Source of the DNA: Octopus sinensis
Taxonomy: Eukaryota
Assembly: GCF_006345805.1 (NCBI RefSeq)
Contig: NC_043002.1
Span: forward strand, 104,718,001 to 104,782,000
Length of the DNA stretch: 64,000 nucleotides
Direction: 5' to 3'
Part shown: positions 56,358-64,000 of the stretch, piece after piece
How the letters are laid out: the number at the start of each line of letters is the position of its first letter
Position numbering within the stretch: the stretch's first letter is position 1
Position numbers and translations under genes: made by a program
The notes under the pieces: model-generated
Told to the model about the DNA's origin: nothing
Database searches by the model: none
What the model saw: only the letters and a program-made list of their open reading frames with translations

Positions 56358-57113
56358 AGAACTTTCTTTATTGGCCACACAGGGCTGAACACAGAAGGGG
56401 ACAAATACAAATGTAGAGCTTTTCATTTCGAAAATGAAAAAGAAAAGGGGAAAAATGAGAAAATAGTAAAATTCCGATCAAAAGGGATTGGGGAAAAAAC
56501 CCATTAAAAAGGATTGTGTATCACAGAAGAATTTTTAAAATATAAAAAGCAAGATTAGGTTTTTCCGTGGAAAGAAAAGCCTACGGAAAAGACCACGGTA
56601 ATCTCAGGCAGGGAGGAGGTAAACACATTAGAGCAAAGTGCTCTCTTTCTCTCTCTTTTACGATTTACAGGATCATGCTCAAAGTGCTTTCGTCACGCGC
56701 ACGCACCATTTTTGCTACATTCACCCACAGTTTTTTGAAACTTTCACGAGACAAAACTTACCTCTGCATTCTCACCTTCCTTTTTAAGAGGTACTTGAAA
56801 AAGTTGATGAGCGAATGGCCAGAGACGTAAGTGTTTGTCTCTAATCCTTTCGGTCGAGTTCACCAAACACATTTTTTCAATATGGCCACCAGAACGATGA
56901 AGACTGCCTTGCCTTCCTGGTTGAGAGAAGGTTGCGGAATAATTTTCACGATAGACTCGGTCGACAGGCGGACTCGTCATAAAGCTGACAACAGCCATTC
57001 GGCATAAACACAAAGGTCCGAAATGGTTGGACATTACACGAGTGCGTGCAGAACGGTTTCGTCGCTCTGACCGCATCTCGGGCAAGTCGGTCAGGTGTGT
57101 CTTGAACCATGCT

Positions 57114-57114
<1 letters not shown>
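56358..57114 (-). mobile_element. 3' end of a Tx1/L1-clade LINE (zf-RVT-like C-terminus plus 3' UTR)
   Basis: Minus strand PTCPRCGQSDETVLHALV*CP...VW*TR..FFKYLLKRKVR..FKKLWVNVAKMV with in-frame stops; final stop at 56665; AATAAA near the 3' end. Confidence 0.85.
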
Positions 57115-57195
<81 letters not shown>

Positions 57196-58147
57196 CCCAA
57201 CCATCTGTGATCTTCTACCAAAACCGCTAGGAAGGCCCTCAGGCTCCTCCTGGAATTTGTCCAAGCAGAAACAACTACCAGAAAACTCTCTAGTATGATT
57301 CCTTATCAAAATGAAAAATAAAAAAAAACGTATATATACAGTGGTGGGGTCGCGGGAATTTATACGTTTCCATCCCTAGTTTTACGAAACGAAGATTAAC
57401 GCAATGCTTTATATAATGTTACATAAGGACTTACATGCAGACATACATTAGATGCAATGGCGCACGGGGTACACACAAACATCCATACTTCCACATATTC
57501 ATAGAGATATACACAGAATATATATATATATATACAACTGAAGTGAATTATCCAGCAGCTTGTCTCGTAATATTTAATATATTTTATATATCAAACTGAA
57601 TGTTTGCGTGTGTGTGTGCACGCGTGTGTATTTGTGTGAAACTAAGGAAGCTCTAATCAGAGATTTTCAAATCTTTGCCGATTTCTTAATTTATTAGATG
57701 TAAAACTATATGTTTAGCACTAATTAATAAAGCTGGGTTTTATAAATCCAGGAATTATGATTAATTAGGAAATAGTAATTATAAAGCATTAAATCAATTT
57801 TCAAACCATACAAAATAAAATTTCTCGAAGTTTCTAATGTGAATGAAATACACGTTCACCTGTAAACAACTTCTCGTACGTTTATGAATATGTGGTTGGT
57901 CGAAATTTACAAATTCATGGCCTGATGTATGAAATGTTTAATTAAAGCAAAAATAGTCAGAAATATAAATGAACGCTTATATATACACGCATGCAAATAT
58001 ACACGCACACATGCATATACGCATAAATACACACAGACAGACATGGCGTACTTGAGAATTTGAACGCTAATGAAAAAGCTTTCTTTCCAAGCGATATGTC
58101 TGTTTGCTCTTTGTTGAGGCGAAAATTGCAAACAAAGACAGTACACA

Positions 58148-58196
<49 letters not shown>

Positions 58197-58430
58197 CACA
58201 CACACACACACATAAAACATACACACACATACATGCATCTCTCCTTTATTCATTTTCCTCCCAGATCGCCACACATATATACAAACATACATGCTTGCTT
58301 CAATATGAAATACATACACTCATATATTTAGGCTTGGACTGATGTATGGAAAGAAGCTAAAGGACAGACGCAAGGATTAATGGGTAATAAATGCATGTAT
58401 ACATACTTTGAAAAGTGGAAGCTATATATA

Positions 58431-58468
<38 letters not shown>

Positions 58469-59136
58469 TCGTTTGCCTGTAAGCGAAATATGAAAATATG
58501 GCTTGTCACCTTAGTTTGGGGAAATAAATTGGGAATTTTTCAGTTTCTCCGTTGCCCGTAACAAATGCAATTTGGCATTTATTTCTGGAAGTTTATAGTT
58601 AGACGGTGAACTAGGAATGTGTTAGCTTAATCAACAGCATAGGTTTTAGGATATGACAGAAATAAAGATGTTTTGCGCTGGTAAATCGCCTAGAGTTAGC
58701 AAGAAATATGGGGTTTGTTGTTCAGAATTATTTAAAGGTATATCGCCAATGTTTTTGAATGTGAAATGATGTGGTGGAGATTGAGAGGGACGGGGTTATG
58801 GATATCATGTATTTGAGATACATGTATACGCATATACATACAAGCACGCATGTATATATATATATATATATATATATGAAGAGACATATATTTATACGAA
58901 CACGCACACACATATATATATATGTATATAGACACACACACAGACACACACACACAGACACACACACACACACACACATATATATATGACTAAATATGTC
59001 TGTGTACATATGTGTATATATACAGATATGTATATGCATGTATGCATATGTACATATATATATAGAGAGAGAGAGAGTGAGAGATAGATAGATAGATAGA
59101 TGATAGATAGATAGATAGATAGGTAGGTAGATAGGT

Positions 59137-59221
<85 letters not shown>

Positions 59222-61859
59222 TATGTAGTTATTCACGCCAACGTCATTAATGTGTTTGTTGCTGATAGTAGTAGCGTTGGTTGTAATAGTGTTGATGGTG
59301 ATGGCGGCGGTATTGTTAGTAATGGTGTCTGCCGTCGTCGTGGTATTGGCGCTGGGGTCGTTGCTATTGCTATTTCTACTCTCGCTGCACTTGTTACTTA
59401 CAGGTTATATAAATAGTTTTAATGCAATTGAAGAATCGGGAATATTTACTTGTGACAGTCAATACATTCGCTCGGTTTTCTATAATATATTGCAACGTAT
59501 TATTCTGGCTTACTTCTATTGCTGCTATATACAGTTATGACATTGCTGATAAACCGAGACCTGTATTTAATATATCACATTATGGTTCTGTTTTGTGCTC
59601 CGCTGCAGCATTTGTATAAAGCTAAAAACTTCTTTAAATGGAAAATGAAGAATCTCTGCATTTCTTCACTCTCCGCATAATTCTTTTCAAATAGTTGTTT
59701 AATGATCGCCACATTAATTACATTGGCGCTAACTTAAGCAATTGTTTTACAAATAGATTATCTTTCTGACTTATTTATTCTTTAAATAACTCCGGTTTTC
59801 ATCATCGACCACTGTTCATTTGTATAACCTTATATAGCGATACCGCCATTATTAATTTGACAAATGCGGTAAATACTATATTCGCTGATGAGTGCATAAT
59901 TCGACGAAGATATGCTTGGTGTTGTTTGTCGCTTACGTGCCGAATAAATTAGAAAGTATTTATAGATGACGGATTTCGTTTCTTATATATTTACAAGTGT
60001 TCTTCCCATAATTACTTTTAGTTATAAATTTAATGTCGACTACATCGAGTAGGTTATTACTCAACTATTTTAGTCCACAGTTATGTACACAGAATCTAAT
60101 GATTAATACAGTTCAAATATGTTCATACTTCGAGATGATATATCATACCATACATCATGGCTTCAATTCAATGAAAAGTCCAATAGTTAAAATGGGCGAT
60201 CGAGTGTTAGAAGTCGTATTGTGTGAGGCTAAAATAGTTTGTAAAATACGATCATATTTATTTCTAATAATCAGTATTATCCCAAGTTCGAATAACACCC
60301 TATTGTATTCGATGTATATTCAATTCAGTAACAAAATGAAAAATGATATCCTATTTTACGTTTGCAAATTAAAATAAGTGGATGACAGTAAATTTAGAGG
60401 CGCCTGTTTTATCTTCTGTAATATTCACGTACATTCCTTTACTATATTAGTTTCAATGGTGCCAGTAACCTTAATCTTATCACGTGGGAGCTACACATGA
60501 AATATTTACTAGCTACACACACAAGTATACAAAAATGATTGTGGTTTTTTTATGAATCGTTTCGTATTGGTGTTGCAGATTCGGCCCTAACAATTTTTGC
60601 ATCAGACGTTTCCATCATTCTCTCTTTCTCTCTTCTTTCTTTTTCTCTATTTGCGGGAGTATATTTCTCTTCCTGTGTTTGAGAATAAGTATAGAGTTTA
60701 TGTCAATCGTTTTCAATAAATAAATTGCAATTTCCCTCCTCATTCTTTCGATTTGTACGTGTATAGCTTATTTATGTGTGCACGTGTGTGCATGAGTGTA
60801 TGAGTGTGCACGTGTATGCCACCAGTGCCAAAATGATCTTCAGTAAAATTGGCTGAATTTCTAATCAGCCGTGCCAAACGAGCAGCAACGAAACAGCCGC
60901 GGCGAATCGTTTCAGGGACACAGTTAACATATTCCCAGTCCCATTTGCAGTTTTACAGTTTATGTTTCTGGAAAGCACAAAATTACGAAGTCAAGCAAGA
61001 AGTCCTGTTTCAATCGACAATAACCTTACCCAAAATATAAGGAAATGTGTGGATATTTCGGAAGTATCATTATGAGCTGTGACCTGAATAATTCGGCTGC
61101 TGTTTGTACCATGTCAAACAATCGCAGGCAGGCATAGCTATTTACCGTCAAGATGAACTGACTCCACGAAGAGAGACCGCGAAAATACTGAAAGCTTTCT
61201 TCAAAAGCACAAGCATGCACTAATTATATATATCAAGAAAGCATTAACAATTCCTATATTCAGGAGCATCACAATTGGAATCCATAAGTTCGTTGTATTT
61301 GCTAAGACACAATCAGATAAGATCTCTGGCGAACTTACATTATTTGTACGACAAAAATTACTTCACAAGGAGTGTGCTTCTTCTTCGGGGCCCAAAACCT
61401 ATTCCAGCTTTCAATAAGTATTACTAATCAAAACAACTGAGTTGCCACACTCAAAGTGTGTTACTCTCATATCAACGGTGGAGTTGCTGCTTTGCATCCG
61501 GATAGCCTAAGCTACATCCAGTATAAAAGCACATCACTAACACCTCATTGTGATTTCCATAGTGTTTCTTTCGCCAGTGCACCCAAATTCTAATCCAAGT
61601 ATCTGCGCTGCCTTCTCTACCTTTTCTGCTGTTTCTACTGCCACAGCATACATTTCTGTTTCTCATTACTACCTGATTACGTGCCAAATTAATTATGATT
61701 TCCAGATATCAATTTAATCTCTCATCATTGACCTTTTACCCTGTTTGCCAGATTAATAAAGCTTACATTTCAAAGGCAAACTAGTTTAATAACTGAGTAA
61801 TAATTAGAAAATTACTATTTCAAATCTCACAACGAGAGATATTCAGTGACAGTACTTTG

Positions 61860-62236
61860 CAGTAAAGATTGTTTGCTAACAGAACACGGCAGTCCTGGTT
61901 TAGGACTAATGCTGCTGTGATTTAGCCCTAGTATACATCGTCTCTAGCTGGCTATAAGACAAGATATGTGTCCTTATATTTTCGAACAAGGAAATCTAGC
62001 ATCTCCACTCCTCGGCTCAAAACAATATCTGTGTATCGCGATTTCTGGGATTTCTCTTCATCATAGATATTGTTTTGAGCTGAGGGCGGGGTGCTAGATT
62101 CTCTTGTTCGAAAATGTAAGGACACAGATCGTGTCGTGTAGCGAGCCGGAGACGGTGTCTCCTGGAGCTAAATTACAGCAACTTTCGTTCTAAACCAGGA
62201 CTGCCATGCAATGTTGGCAAACAACCTTTGCTACTG
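61860..62236. mobile_element. Fold-back MITE (~170-bp imperfect arms, 34-nt loop)
   Basis: GGCAGTCCTGGTTTAGG/TAAACCAGGACTGCC, TTCGAACAAG/CTTGTTCGAA and AAAACAATATCT/AGATATTGTTTT pair symmetrically around 62031-62064. Confidence 0.88.
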
Positions 62237-62781
62237 TGTAATGATTGTTAAGCAATTTATTTTTTTAAAAAACATAATATAATAAATTATATATGAAATA
62301 ATATTTTTTCTAAAGAAAAAACAGAATCTAATAAATTTTCATGGTTTTCTCTGTCTAATTTTTATAGAGCTGTCTAACCTTTGATACGTCGTAAACCTCC
62401 AAGAAAATGGTGTCACTTACATCAGCAAACTAGCCGTATTGTAGTTGATACATTGTATCATCTGTGTAGTCTACTATGCTATCCAAGAACAGATTATTCA
62501 GTCATCTGTCTTACGCCAAAACAACAGCACTGCAATTCTTTCTTAAGTTCACACTGAAGAATTGATATATGAATTAAGTATGTCGGATCGATTACAATTC
62601 CAGTAAATACAGAATGAAGCTAATAACAACTTTACATACACGGTTCTGATTTAGAAGAATCATAGAGGATTCTACGCATGGGTTTTACGTAAATAATATT
62701 AGTTATATTGTGGTGGTGATCAAGGTAATGTTTCCAAACTTTAGAAAAGGAATATGAAAACCTCTTCTTGTTGTCACTAAC

Positions 62782-63703
62782 ATATCAAGCTGTACCTCGA
62801 AATAAAGAGGTCAGATCCTGTACACTATAGGTCTCTATTGCAAGCAGACCTGGACACAATGCAGCAATGGATCATGGACTGGCAACTCAAACTGGCTGTG
62901 GACAAATGTACCACCATGCATTTTGGGAGGAGAAACCCAGCGTCCACCTATTCCCTCGACAACACTAATCTCAAAAAGTCTTAGTGTGAACGTGGCCTGG
63001 GTGTTATTGTCGACACTGATTTGCGTTGGACAAAACGCATCGCTAAAATTGTCAAGAAGGCTGAGGGTGTCTTGGCATCACTCACCAAATCCTTTGTGAG
63101 CCGCTCTCCGACTATCTATCTGCGGCTTAATATTGCTATGGTAAGACCTCACCTGGAATTTGCATCACCGGTCTGGAACCCCTATCTTGCCCAGGATATC
63201 AATCGTCTGGAAGCCGATCAGCGACGTGCAACCAAAAGAAAACCCCCCATCAGGCATTTGCCATATTCTGAACGCCTCACTTCCCTGGGCATGGACACAT
63301 TGAAACTCCGACGTCTGGCAGCTGACTTGGCAGACACCCATAAAATTATCAACCATCTTACGAACAATAACTCTGAGCACTTTTTCAAACTCCACCCGTC
63401 TAACACCCGTGGACATATTTACAAAGTCAGAAAGCAGCACAGCTCCCATGACTTTAGGAAACATTTTTTCACGCTGAGAGTTGCTGAAGCATGGAACAAA
63501 CTGCCGGCATCGGTTGTCAGTTGTTGGAGCACTGCATCCTTCAAAACTTCCATGCTTTCTGAGATTTGCGAACACTACACCTGATTTCTTCCCCTCCATA
63601 CACACACAGGCATGTATCTGACTCATACCGCATACACTTTATACGCACTTTCTGACAAGTTGTGGTGCACCTGAGCACTATATACAATAATTTCATTATT
63701 ATT
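62782..63703 (+). mobile_element. 5'-truncated CR1-clade LINE (RT thumb and C-terminus, 3' UTR)
   Basis: IKLY..LQADLDTMQQWIMDWQLKLAVDKCTTMHFG..RGLGVIVD..VRPHLEFASPVWNPY..YSERL..RRLAADL..NTRGH..FFTLRVAEAWNKLP; one stop at ~62984; (ATT)n tail. Confidence 0.93.
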
Positions 63704-64000
63704 ATATATCACAAATTAATAAACAAAAAATTAAAAATGATCAAAACGAAACAGAAAATAAAATTCGTTTAATGAAAAACATCTTCTGCTGGAACATGAG
63801 GAAATGATGTTGCTAACATGGATCCACCACTCATCCAAGAAATACTTTGTCAGTTGATTGCAGAGTATCCATTGAACCACACGCTAGAAACGGGGGTTAC
63901 TTCTAAGCCGTCTCTTTCTAAATTTCTTTCTATTAATACGGTAACAACTTCTGTCTCCTTCCACCAGAGAGATAAATACTAAACACAGTCATAAGATGTC

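Noticed and set aside
59876-59915. CTGATGA as a hammerhead start
   Set aside because: No GAAA or pairing stems downstream.

Overview
AT-rich eukaryotic DNA packed with (TA)n, (TG)n, (TAGA)n, (TATG)n and (AAT)n microsatellites, with one 100-N assembly gap. The SINE families resemble those I recognise from octopus/cephalopod genomes; this is an inference, not a search result. No intact host protein-coding gene, rRNA, functional tRNA or CRISPR array can be supported, and most ORF-track entries are translated microsatellites. The recognisable content is mobile DNA: R4/Dong-clade RLE retrotransposon fragments, RTE, CR1 and Tx1/L1 relics, Tc1/mariner relics, MITEs, Helitron-like elements and several tRNA-derived SINEs. 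Two systems stand out. (1) (AAT)n arrays act as landing pads holding same-orientation trains of Dong-like LINE fragments plus a non-coding ~550-bp element with a fixed 3' end. (2) A tRNA-headed SINE carries an internal (AAT)n/(AAG)n tract and a Penelope-type minimal hammerhead ribozyme tail; one copy has a Dong element inside its microsatellite. Other hammerhead-like motifs occur, including one inside a perfect 57-bp palindrome.
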